Positions 9,903-18,782 of a stretch of DNA of 64,000 bases are shown in pieces (the first letter of the stretch is position 1; each line of letters starts with the position of its first letter). The notes beneath the pieces were generated by a model that was given only the letters and a program-made list of their open reading frames with translations, was not told the DNA's origin and made no database searches. A program made the translations under genes and the position numbers. Source of the stretch: Lachnospira sp. UBA4346 (GTDB taxonomy: Bacteria; Bacillota; Clostridia; Lachnospirales; Lachnospiraceae); contig DGTC01000027.1 of the NCBI GenBank assembly GCA_002394205.1, positions 1,295-65,294 on the forward strand. The letters run 5' to 3'.

Positions 9903-10739
9903 CTGCTCCACCTCCTCTGTTAATCCATCATCGGTTACGATTCCATATTCTTTTTCTATTATACTTAGTTTATCATGTTCTTTGATTTTTTGCGACAGTA
10001 ATGTTGTTAATAATCGATTCAGTTCATATCTTTCTGATGGTTCCGGAAGATTTTCTGCAATTCCTACCATAACAATATTGAATATATCCAAATTACCTTT
10101 CCAATCATGATGCCCTATTAGTTCTTCATTCGTTAAATGAATATGATGTATACTTGATTCTTTCATATTCATGCACAACCAGATAGAATAGACTTCTTTC
10201 ATATCATTATACTGCATATTGTCAAAATCTCTGTTCTTTTGGGATGATATCATTCGACTTGTATAAAAGATTGCTCGATTTAGAATATCATATGTATTTG
10301 GCTCATTTTTTTGTGCCTCGACATTTACAATGATTTGGGATACGCCGTCTTTTGTTCTGACGTAAAAGATAATATCATATCGGATTAGCCCTTCGCCAAT
10401 CTCGGAATCTTCGGTATTTATACCGGATATGGTTTGATTTTCTGGAAGATTTTTGTTGTGAAGGTCTTTCATTCTCTCTAGTTTCTGATTCTCTTTCTTT
10501 GAATCCGAATGAAAAAATTGGTTTGTTCGTCCGCCTGCTATTGGTACGGTACTTATCTGTGGTTCTCCTTCAATACATGCTGCGATTTCATCTGGATTCA
10601 TTCCTTTGAATTCTTTCACAGTATTGCGCAGGATATATGCTAAGATTTTTTTATTTGCCAATATCTTTTTGATACATTCATCATACTGTGTTTCTTCTCC
10701 TGCAGCAAGCAATGTTTGTGTTACTTGTGTTTCTGTCAT
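9720..10739 (-). CDS. Rpn/YhgA-like PD-(D/E)XK nuclease family protein
   Basis: Motifs YDECIKKILANKKILAYIL, IRYDIIF, IVNVEAQK, RAIFYTSRMISSQK, VYSIW. C-terminal MCNLGQGLLERGIAEGEERGEARG tail. AAAGGAG RBS. Confidence 0.85.
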   Translation of the reverse strand: MTETQVTQTLLAAGEETQYDECIKKILANKKILAYILRNTVKEFKGMNPDEIAACIEGEPQISTVPIAGGRTNQFFHSDSKKENQKLERMKDLHNKNLPENQTISGINTEDSEIGEGLIRYDIIFYVRTKDGVSQIIVNVEAQKNEPNTYDILNRAIFYTSRMISSQKNRDFDNMQYNDMKEVYSIWLCMNMKESSIHHIHLTNEELIGHHDWKGNLDIFNIVMVGIAENLPEPSERYELNRLLTTLLSQKIKEHDKLSIIEKEYGIVTDDGLTEEVEQMCNLGQGLLERGIAEGEERGEARGRAQMILRLYQLNYAVETIAEIAEMPEEQVKEILNIQ

Positions 10740-10791
10740 TCATGCTCCTTTATTGTATATTTTAAGAATTGAATTCATTTCTATAATTTAT

Positions 10792-10819
10792 ATTATACAC
10801 AATTTAAAAAATATTGCAA
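10792..10819 (-). promoter_or_regulatory. Putative sigma-A promoter of the Rpn-like gene
   Basis: TTGCAA-16 bp-TATAAT on the minus strand. Confidence 0.5.
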
Positions 10820-10830
10820 TAGTAGATTCG

Positions 10831-10886
10831 GTTTGTGGATGTACTCTGCCTGATTGATGGACGGGAATATGTGACATGCGAACGCA
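10831..10886. repeat. Direct copy of the left end of the palindromic element (matches 9468-9523)
   Basis: 45 bp identical (GTTTGTGGATGTACTCTGCCTGATTGATGGACGGGAATATGTGAC), extending to 56 bp with 3 mismatches. Confidence 0.9.
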
Positions 10887-10963
10887 TACGGCGATACCAC
10901 CAACGATGTGCCTAACATCGTTCCTGCAGCAACCACTGCCATTGCTTTTTTCCATTTGTTCAT
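10887..10963 (-). pseudogene. Truncated secreted-protein gene (signal peptide only)
   Basis: MNKWKKAMAVVAAGTMLGTSLVVSPY is a Sec signal-like sequence that runs straight into the 56-bp repeat. Confidence 0.55.
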
Positions 10964-11194
10964 GTTCTTTCGTTCCCTTACTTTTGATACAAGCGTTATT
11001 TGATAAAGCTGCAAAGACTATGTACTTTTTTGCAAAACATCAGTTCTTTTATCTTTACTTCCTTATTTTTACCATTAACTGTCCTAGCTATTATATAGTA
11101 TCAAAAAAAACAACTGTTAATATGAATTTTTATGGCTTTTTCTGTATTTTTAATTCACATAAAAAATCTATTTATAATCTTAGAATCTCTTCCA

Positions 11195-13024
11195 TCATCT
11201 TATAATTGTCACACCATACGCTTTGCTTCTTGTGACCATTCCATTGCTATCCTTCACTTCTGCAAAAAGATGCCTTACGCCAATTCCGCTGGCTGTCCAT
11301 GTATATGTGTTCTTTGCCCCAAACGGCTGCAACTGCGTCCACACTTTTGTCGCCGGGTTATACATAATATATCTATATGCATACCGACCACTTCCTTCTC
11401 TTGCTGTTGCTGTAATTGTCACTTTATTTCCTTCTGCTAATTTTGAGGAGCTGATTTTAGATGCAATTATCGGCTTATGAAAAACTGTTACACCATATGC
11501 TTTACTTCTTGTGACGCTTCCATTGCTATCCTTTACCTCTACATACAGATGTCTTGCACCTATTCCATTTGCTGTCCATACATATGTATTCTTATCTGTA
11601 AATTCCTGTAACTGTGTCCATGTTTTTGTCGTCGGATTGTACAACAAATATCTGTATGTATACACACCGCTTCCTTCTTTTGCATTTGCTGTCACAGTAA
11701 CTTTATCTCCGATTCCTGCTTTTGATGTGCTAATCTTTGCTGTAACTATTGGCTTATTCTCAACCATTACACCATATGCTTTACTTCTTGTTACGGTTCC
11801 ATTGCTATCCCTTACCTCTACATACAGATGTCTCGCACCTATTCCATTTGCTGTCCATACATATGTATTCTTATCCGCAAATCCCTGTAACTGCGTCCAT
11901 GCTCTCGTTGTCGGATTGTACAACAAATATCTGTATGTATACACACCGCTTCCTTCTCTTGCATTTGCTGTTACAGTGACTTTATCTCCGATTCTTGCCT
12001 TTGATGTGCTAATCTTTGCTGTAACTATTGGCTTATTCTCAACCGTTACACCATATGCTTTACTTCTTGTTACGGTTCCATTGCTATCTTTTACTTCAAC
12101 ATAAATGTGTCTTGCTCCTACACCATCTGCCATCCACGTATAAGTATTTTTATCTGTGTAATCCTGTAGCTGTGTCCATTCCTTTGACGTTGGATTATAC
12201 AATAAATACTTATATGTATAATCTCCTGTTCCACCAGACGCTGTTGCAGTTGCTATAATTTGTTCTCCTAAAACTGCCTTGCTTTTATTTAATACAAGCG
12301 ACGTACGAAGTTCTGCTATCAGTTGTTTTGCTACAACAGTCTGTCCCTGCTTTACAACATCAACTACTGTATCTGTACCCTCCAGAACAAATTCAGGACA
12401 TGCCATAAATGCAGAAGTGCCTTTTCCTTCTATTTGTTTCTTTAAATCAATGTCGACCTGTGAAAGATTTGTAATCTTTTTTAAAGATTCGATACCTCTA
12501 AATACCCATTCTCCAATCTCTGCTACACTGTTTGGTATCGTTATACTACTTAATTTGATACATTCTTCAAAGGCATAATCCCCAATACTTGTTACACTAT
12601 TCGGTATCGTAATACTATTTAGACGTTCGCATCCTGTAAATGTATATCTTCCAATACTCGTTACGCTAGTCGGAATTTCGATACTTGTTAGCTTTCTACA
12701 CCCTTCAAATGTATTATCTGCAATGTTTGTAACGCCGTCTTCGATAATTACCTCTTCAATCTGATATTCTGGCCATATCAAACCACTCAATGCCCCCTGT
12801 TCCATTTCTCCTGTGCCGCTTATGGTTAATACCCCATATTTTAAATTCCCACGAACATGCTCACCAAACCATATATTTTCTCGAATTTCCTGTTCTAATA
12901 ATTCTGACAATTCAGCATGTACCGGCTGCGTCTGAAAGATTACCGTACTTCCTATAAATGACACCCCCAATACCATTGCCAATGCAATGTCTGTAACAGT
13001 CCTCTTCATTTTTTTCATAAACAC
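11195..13024 (-). CDS. Secreted/surface protein with BspA-type leucine-rich repeats and four Tyr-rich ~93-aa repeats
   Basis: Signal peptide ending VHA. LRR units such as LTSIEIPTSVTSIGRYTF. Four repeats of YTYRYLLYNP...YVEVKDSNG. GGAGGA RBS. Confidence 0.85.
   Translation of the reverse strand: MFMKKMKRTVTDIALAMVLGVSFIGSTVIFQTQPVHAELSELLEQEIRENIWFGEHVRGNLKYGVLTISGTGEMEQGALSGLIWPEYQIEEVIIEDGVTNIADNTFEGCRKLTSIEIPTSVTSIGRYTFTGCERLNSITIPNSVTSIGDYAFEECIKLSSITIPNSVAEIGEWVFRGIESLKKITNLSQVDIDLKKQIEGKGTSAFMACPEFVLEGTDTVVDVVKQGQTVVAKQLIAELRTSLVLNKSKAVLGEQIIATATASGGTGDYTYKYLLYNPTSKEWTQLQDYTDKNTYTWMADGVGARHIYVEVKDSNGTVTRSKAYGVTVENKPIVTAKISTSKARIGDKVTVTANAREGSGVYTYRYLLYNPTTRAWTQLQGFADKNTYVWTANGIGARHLYVEVRDSNGTVTRSKAYGVMVENKPIVTAKISTSKAGIGDKVTVTANAKEGSGVYTYRYLLYNPTTKTWTQLQEFTDKNTYVWTANGIGARHLYVEVKDSNGSVTRSKAYGVTVFHKPIIASKISSSKLAEGNKVTITATAREGSGRYAYRYIMYNPATKVWTQLQPFGAKNTYTWTASGIGVRHLFAEVKDSNGMVTRSKAYGVTIIR
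11198..12300. repeat. Intragenic tandem repeat, ~4 x 279 bp
   Basis: Matching anchors at 11470, 11749 and 12028 give a 279-bp period. The two middle units are nearly identical. Confidence 0.85.
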
Positions 13025-13169
13025 GCTCCTCCAATCCTTTATTATAAACGTCCACTATCGCAACCTTATTTATCACAAACCCTATTACTTTTATAATTTT
13101 ATTATACACGCTATAAATTTCTAAATAAAGTAAAATTAAAGATATTACAAATCTAAAAAACACAGCACA

Positions 13170-13315
13170 TCAAAATCTCTGTTCTTTTGGAATAATATTA
13201 AATCGAATTACTCCTTCGCCAATCTCGGAATCCTCGGTATTTATACCGGATATGGTTTGATTTTCTGAAATCGGTTTGTTGTAAAATTGCCAATATCCTT
13301 TTGATACATTCGTCA
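13170..13315 (-). pseudogene. Internally deleted remnant of a second Rpn-like gene
   Basis: Three collinear blocks match 10222-10242, ~10368-10462 and 10655-10683 of the intact gene. Confidence 0.8.
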
Positions 13316-13545
13316 ATGACTATTCTTATCAAGAGATTACAAAATTTTATTTAAATCAAATTTTAATGCAATTATGTTTTATTAAATTTATAAAAATAGC
13401 GTTTTGCAATTATAATATTAAGTTATATATTTATTTGCTTTATTTTATTCGTTTTTTAAAATTTTACCCTTTTTCACAAATTAATCTGTCATATACACTA
13501 TGGATTCTTTTAAAGAATACTAAATATTAAAAGGCAGGTATTGTT

Positions 13546-13755
13546 ATGAAAAAACTACACAAATTCTTATTTTATTTATGCAACGCAGCTTTAATGATTT
13601 ATGATTATTTGACCATCATTAAACAACTACTAAATGAGCTTAATAAATTATTGCATTTTTTCTCTAACATAAACCAGAATTTGTTCTTAGTAATTCTAAT
13701 TACATTCATTTATACAAGTATATTCTATCTGATTCTTTTTAAAAATAAAAACTAA
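13546..13755 (+). CDS. Small hypothetical membrane protein (69 aa)
   Basis: AAAGGCAGGT RBS-like sequence, hydrophobic C-terminus with a basic tail, downstream hairpin. Very AT-rich. Confidence 0.45.
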   Translation: MKKLHKFLFYLCNAALMIYDYLTIIKQLLNELNKLLHFFSNINQNLFLVILITFIYTSIFYLILFKNKN

Positions 13756-13767
13756 AAGACATAATTA

Positions 13768-13825
13768 AATAATAACTCACATACCTGTCTTCATTCCAAA
13801 GATTCAGCTATGTGAGCTATTATTA
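13768..13825. terminator. Hairpin between convergent genes
   Basis: AATAATAACTCACATA...TATGTGAGCTATTATT inverted repeat. Confidence 0.55.
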
Positions 13826-13840
13826 TATCCGTTTATTCAA

Positions 13841-14344
13841 TTACAACACCCAAAATCCAACAATCCCAAACACGACACCATACACAATCCCTGCGACAAC
13901 GTCTTTTACAAAATGCACGCCTGCCATGACTCTGACAACTGCAATTAGTACTGTTAATATCCAGAGAATGATACCGATTGGCGGATAGATATACGTACAG
14001 GTCATTGCAATAATTGCAACCGATACTGTGTGTCTGCTTGGGAAAGACTCTCCCGATTTATCCTTTGTAATGAGCGGTGTAATCGCATACTTCGTATATG
14101 GGCGTTTTGCATCAATAAGTTTCCGAAACAGACTGACCGAACCAAAGGTCAATGCCGGCACAATCATACATTGTATCAATTTCCGATACAAATGTGTACG
14201 CAGCAACACAAACAGAATTGTAAAATAACCACACGCAACCAAATATGGTGTATATTCATAAATCCAACGAATCAGCATATACACTAGTGGATGATTTCGT
14301 ACCCACTGTGCCCACTGATGAAATCTTTTTTCATAATCCTGCAA
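13841..14344 (-). CDS. PAP2-family phosphatase
   Basis: Motifs KRPY, SFPSRH, RVMAGVHF; hydrophobic segments. Confidence 0.85.
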   Translation of the reverse strand: MQDYEKRFHQWAQWVRNHPLVYMLIRWIYEYTPYLVACGYFTILFVLLRTHLYRKLIQCMIVPALTFGSVSLFRKLIDAKRPYTKYAITPLITKDKSGESFPSRHTVSVAIIAMTCTYIYPPIGIILWILTVLIAVVRVMAGVHFVKDVVAGIVYGVVFGIVGFWVL

Positions 14345-14372
14345 ATCGTTCTTCCTTTCTTGTTTCCATCTA

Positions 14373-15590
14373 TCACTCTTTACTACTACGTGCTACTATA
14401 TTCCACGCTTCTGCCAGTGTCTTTCCCGACTTCTTGCGTGTCATTTCAACCAATCCTAACTTCGTGATATCCACAACGGTTGTAAGTACAGAATCTTCCT
14501 TTACGATACGACGCAGCGTCACAAGCAGCTCTGCTTCCATCTCTTTCTCCGGCATATTGATAAAGTCCACCAGAATCATTCCTGAGAGATTCCGCAGTCG
14601 AATTTGTCTTGCCAATTCATAAGCTGCTTCTTCATTTGTCTTATAAATAGACTTTCTGCGTGCTTCTTCATTTCCCTTTTTACCAACCTGTTTGCCGCTA
14701 TTGACATCAATCACAGATAACGCTTCCGTCTGCTCGATAACCAAATACCCACCGGATTTCAACCAGACTTTCTTACTCAATGCCCGTTCTAATTCTGTCT
14801 CTAGCGAATACAGCTTATACAATGGCAACAAGGAATCTTCATAGTAACGTATATGGATTTGCTCTGAAAATATTCTGTTACACAATTCCTCATAAATGGC
14901 TGCATCATCTGTTACAATCTCTGCTTCCTGATTTTCTGATAAATAGATTCCTTCTGCGATACGCACATACTCTCCGGGTGCCTGATACATACAGGAGAAT
15001 GCTTTTCTTGTACGTGCCTGTGCAAGAATGGTCTGCATTTGTTTTGTCAAGATTTCGACCTCTGCACAGACTTCTTCTTTCGTCGCAGCTGCTGAATTCG
15101 TACGCAGAATCATTCCATAATCATCACTGCATTGTTCTTGTAAGATTTCTTTTAGTTCGATACAATGTGGATTCTTCTTCGTCTTTCCGGAAATAGATAT
15201 TCCTGTAACATCCGTTGATACAACAACATATTCTCCTGTCAGACTAATTTTTCCTGTTGCCGTAGCCGGCTTTGTCTTTGCCGGCTCGGTCTGCACCTGC
15301 ACAAGAAGCAAATCCCCGATATGAACTGCATCATTATTCTTTGGATTTAAGAAAATATGCTTATGATTCTCTGTTAAGGAATAGTAACACTTTATTCCTT
15401 TTTGAATCTCTACAAAGGCACATTGCAAATTTTTCACAACATTTTCTACCCGGCCAACATAGATATTTCCAACAAGTGATTCTTCATCACACACGTGTAA
15501 ATCACTACATTTATTCGCACAAAAACGAGCAGCTATCAGCCGCCCGTTGATTCGTGACAAAATTAACTTATTTGTTTCATTTTGCTGCAT
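14373..15590 (-). CDS. Ribonuclease E/G family protein
   Basis: Motifs GNIYVGRV, GYLVIEQTEALSVIDVNSG, LRNLSGMILVDFI, GLVEMTRK. Start placed at ATG 15590 after GGAGGA; the ORF track starts at 15620. Confidence 0.9.
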   Translation of the reverse strand: MQQNETNKLILSRINGRLIAARFCANKCSDLHVCDEESLVGNIYVGRVENVVKNLQCAFVEIQKGIKCYYSLTENHKHIFLNPKNNDAVHIGDLLLVQVQTEPAKTKPATATGKISLTGEYVVVSTDVTGISISGKTKKNPHCIELKEILQEQCSDDYGMILRTNSAAATKEEVCAEVEILTKQMQTILAQARTRKAFSCMYQAPGEYVRIAEGIYLSENQEAEIVTDDAAIYEELCNRIFSEQIHIRYYEDSLLPLYKLYSLETELERALSKKVWLKSGGYLVIEQTEALSVIDVNSGKQVGKKGNEEARRKSIYKTNEEAAYELARQIRLRNLSGMILVDFINMPEKEMEAELLVTLRRIVKEDSVLTTVVDITKLGLVEMTRKKSGKTLAEAWNIVARSSKE

Positions 15591-15597
15591 ATACGAA

Positions 15598-15960
15598 TTA
15601 ATCCTCCACAGCAGATTCATTTACTGCCAGATTGCGATAGAAACAAGAACGATTGCCTGTATGGCAGGCTGCTCCCACCTGTTCTACCTTTGCAAGAAGC
15701 GTATCGTTATCACAGTCAATCTCAATCGAATGTACATACTGAAAATGTCCGGATGTCAAACCCTTAATCCATAGTTCCTGACGGCTTCTGCTATAATATG
15801 TCATCGTACCTGTCTCGATGGTCTTTTCATATGCTTCCTCATTCATATACGCAAGCATCAAGACTTCATTATTTGCATAATCCTGAACAATTACAGGAAT
15901 CATTCCATCGCTGTTTAATTTAAATTCCGAAAATGGAATTGTTGCTTTTAATTTACTCAT
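15598..15960 (-). CDS. hisI: Phosphoribosyl-AMP cyclohydrolase
   Basis: Motifs [38 protein letters not shown]. Confidence 0.93.
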   Translation of the reverse strand: MSKLKATIPFSEFKLNSDGMIPVIVQDYANNEVLMLAYMNEEAYEKTIETGTMTYYSRSRQELWIKGLTSGHFQYVHSIEIDCDNDTLLAKVEQVGAACHTGNRSCFYRNLAVNESAVED

Positions 15961-16031
15961 ATTTATCCTTACTGATTATACAACAAGAAAAAAGGTTGCA
16001 ATGCTTTCACTGCTGCAAATCTGTTTTTATT

Positions 16032-16808
16032 TTATAGACTACCTTTTGTTGAAAGCACACTCTTAATTCGTTCATCATATAATGTCGCTTCATCGAGTGC
16101 CTTTGCAAATGCTTTAAACATTCCTTCGATAATATGATGGTCATTTTCTCCGGACATTTGCTTGATATGAAGATTCATTCCGGCTGAATAAGAAATCGCA
16201 TAGAAGAATTCTTTTACCATCTGTGTATCAAAATATCCCACGCTGTCTGATGTAAACTGTCCATCAAATACAAGATATGGTCTTCCTGATAAATCAATTG
16301 CACACAGAATTAAAGCCTCATCCATTGGCAAAATAATATCACCATATCTGCGAATCGACTTCTTATCTCCAAGTGCCTGTTTAATCGCTTCCCCTAATAC
16401 GATACCAACATCTTCAATGGTATGGTGACAATCTACAATCAAATCACCATGTACTGTCACAGACAAATCAAACAGTCCATGCTTCGCAAAACTCTTTAAC
16501 ATATGGTCAAAGAATCCAATTCCTGTATCAACATCTGCTTCCCCTGTACCATCCAAATTGATTGTTAATTTTATATCAGTCTCGCTTGTTGTACGAGCGA
16601 TTGTAGCTGTTCTATCCTGCCTTACATTCTGCATCATGACACTTGCCTCCTGTGTAACAGCCTCTGTTGTTTCCTCTGTATTCACATCCAGAGAACGTGT
16701 ATTGACCTTCTGGTATCCACGATAGTTCTTTCTTTTATTACGATATTTATTACGGTTGTTATAATATTTCTTCTGTGTATTCTCTGGAGTATTTCCGTTA
16801 TTTTCCAT
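16032..16808 (-). CDS. hisB: Imidazoleglycerol-phosphate dehydratase with an N-terminal extension
   Basis: Motifs TGIGFFDHML, DCHHTIED, PMDEAL, HHIIEGMFKAF, STKGSL. Confidence 0.93.
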   Translation of the reverse strand: MENNGNTPENTQKKYYNNRNKYRNKRKNYRGYQKVNTRSLDVNTEETTEAVTQEASVMMQNVRQDRTATIARTTSETDIKLTINLDGTGEADVDTGIGFFDHMLKSFAKHGLFDLSVTVHGDLIVDCHHTIEDVGIVLGEAIKQALGDKKSIRRYGDIILPMDEALILCAIDLSGRPYLVFDGQFTSDSVGYFDTQMVKEFFYAISYSAGMNLHIKQMSGENDHHIIEGMFKAFAKALDEATLYDERIKSVLSTKGSL

Positions 16809-16823
16809 AATTTATCTGCTCCT

Positions 16824-18116
16824 TTAGTCTTCAAAACGAACACGGATTGAGTTCGCATGTGCTGTAAGATGTTCTGCTGTGGCAAACTTCTCGATATCCT
16901 TGTGGATTGGCTCTAAGGCTTCTCTAGAATATGAGATGATGCTTGACTTCTTAATGAAGTCATCTACGCTAAGTGCTGAGAAGAACTTTGCTGTTCCATT
17001 TGTCGGAAGAACGTGGTTTGGACCTGCAAAATAATCACCGAGTGGTTCCGAGCTGTATTCTCCAAGGAAGATTGCACCGGCATTCTTAATCTTTGTCATC
17101 ACATTAAATGGATCTTTTGTTACGATTTCTAAATGCTCTGAAGCAATATCATTCGCTACTTCAATTGCTTCATCAAGAGATTGTGCCACGAGAATATAGC
17201 CGTAATTTTCCAAAGATTTCTCTAAGATTTCTTTTCTTGATAATTCAGATACAAATACATCTACCTGTTCAGATACTTTCTTTGCAAATTCTTCACTCGT
17301 TGTAATCAAAATTGCTGAAGCCATCTCATCATGTTCTGCCTGTGATAAAAGATCTGCTGCAACATATCTTGGATTGGCTGTCTCATCTGCAATCACAAGA
17401 ATTTCACTAGGTCCTGCGACAGAATCAATACTAACATGACCGAATACAGCTTTCTTTGCAAGTGCAACGAAAATATTACCAGGTCCTACAATCTTATCTA
17501 CTTTTGGAATTGATTCTGTACCATAAGCCATCGCTGCAATTGCCTGTGCGCCGCCCACTTTATAAATTACATCAACACCTGCTTCTTTCGCTGCAACAAG
17601 CGTTGTCGGATAAACTTTACCATCTGCTCCCGGAGGTGTACACATTACAATCTGCTCTACCCCTGCGACCTTTGCCGGCATAACATTCATCAAAACAGAA
17701 GAAGGATATGCAGCTTTTCCTCCCGGTACATAGACACCAACACGTGCAAGTGCTGTAACCTTCTGACCTAAGATTGTTCCATCCGGCTTTGAATCAAACC
17801 AGCTGTACTGCTTCTGTTTTGCATGATACTGCTCAATATTTACCAGTGCTTTCCGAATAACTGCAAGCAATTCCTGATCTACCTGTGCATAGGCTTCATC
17901 GATTTCTGCCTGTGTAACGACGAGATTATCCGCATTAATATCTGCCTTATCAAACTTCTTTGTATATTCAAATACTGCTGCATCTTTTCTTGCACGTACA
18001 TCTGTAAGAATCTCATTAACTGCTGCTTCGAACTTTCCGTAGCTGTTTGGACTTCTCTTTAAAAGATTCTCTAAGATATTATTTTTGCTTTCTGGTGTTA
18101 AATTTACAATACGCAT
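16824..18116 (-). CDS. hisD: Histidinol dehydrogenase
   Basis: Motifs GVYVPGGKAAYPSS, GGAQAIAA, AGPSE, DLLSQAEHD. Confidence 0.96.
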   Translation of the reverse strand: MRIVNLTPESKNNILENLLKRSPNSYGKFEAAVNEILTDVRARKDAAVFEYTKKFDKADINADNLVVTQAEIDEAYAQVDQELLAVIRKALVNIEQYHAKQKQYSWFDSKPDGTILGQKVTALARVGVYVPGGKAAYPSSVLMNVMPAKVAGVEQIVMCTPPGADGKVYPTTLVAAKEAGVDVIYKVGGAQAIAAMAYGTESIPKVDKIVGPGNIFVALAKKAVFGHVSIDSVAGPSEILVIADETANPRYVAADLLSQAEHDEMASAILITTSEEFAKKVSEQVDVFVSELSRKEILEKSLENYGYILVAQSLDEAIEVANDIASEHLEIVTKDPFNVMTKIKNAGAIFLGEYSSEPLGDYFAGPNHVLPTNGTAKFFSALSVDDFIKKSSIISYSREALEPIHKDIEKFATAEHLTAHANSIRVRFED

Positions 18117-18119
18117 AAC

Positions 18120-18782
18120 TTATGCCTCCGTCTTATCATTCTTCTGTTCTAAGTAATTCTTCACATCGGAAATCAACTTTCCAATTCGTTCATTTTCCAT
18201 CTTCATACTAACCTGATTGACAACCATTCTCGCTGACAATGGGCATACAACTTCTAACACTTCCAAACCATTTTCACGAAGCGTTGCACCTGTTTCTACA
18301 ATATCTACGATAACTTCTGCAAGTCCTACAATTGGTGCTAATTCAACAGAACCATTTAATTTAATAATTTCTACCGTCTGATGTTTCTTATTATAGAAAT
18401 AATCCTTTGCGATATTCGGATACTTGGAAGCGACACGAATGAGTTCATGGTGCTGTAACTTTTCTTTTGCAGAGGCTGGACCACATACACACATATTACA
18501 CTTTCCAACATTTAAGTCATACACTTCATATAGCTTTCTGTTTTCTTCTAAAATAGTGTCTTTCCCAACAATTCCTAAATCTGCTGCACCATATTCTACA
18601 TAAGTTGGAACATCCGAAGGCTTTGCAAGGAAGAAACGTAACTTCAGTTCTTCATTTGTAAAAATAAGTTTACGTGTCTTCTCGTCCTTCATTTCATCAC
18701 AACGAATTCCAATATTTTCAAAAATCTCTAATGCCTGCTTTGCAAGACGTCCTTTTGCTAATGCGATTGTTATATATCTCAT
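18120..18782 (-). CDS. hisG: ATP phosphoribosyltransferase (short form)
   Basis: Motifs [29 protein letters not shown]. Confidence 0.95.
   Translation of the reverse strand: MRYITIALAKGRLAKQALEIFENIGIRCDEMKDEKTRKLIFTNEELKLRFFLAKPSDVPTYVEYGAADLGIVGKDTILEENRKLYEVYDLNVGKCNMCVCGPASAKEKLQHHELIRVASKYPNIAKDYFYNKKHQTVEIIKLNGSVELAPIVGLAEVIVDIVETGATLRENGLEVLEVVCPLSARMVVNQVSMKMENERIGKLISDVKNYLEQKNDKTEA

Noticed and set aside
9720-10739. Classical IS transposase
   Set aside because: No DDE or HUH motif, terminal inverted repeats or target-site duplication. The motifs are PD-(D/E)XK Rpn-type.
10793-11014. 73-aa ORF as an intact gene
   Set aside because: Its C-terminal half is translated repeat and promoter DNA. 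I treated it as a truncated remnant.
11198-12300. Diversity-generating retroelement TR/VR pair
   Set aside because: The repeats are tandem in-frame coding domains, I saw no adenine-specific pattern, and there is no reverse transcriptase in the window.
11223-12578. Repetitive + strand ORFs, including 11511-12104
   Set aside because: They are antisense shadows of the repeat-containing surface protein gene.
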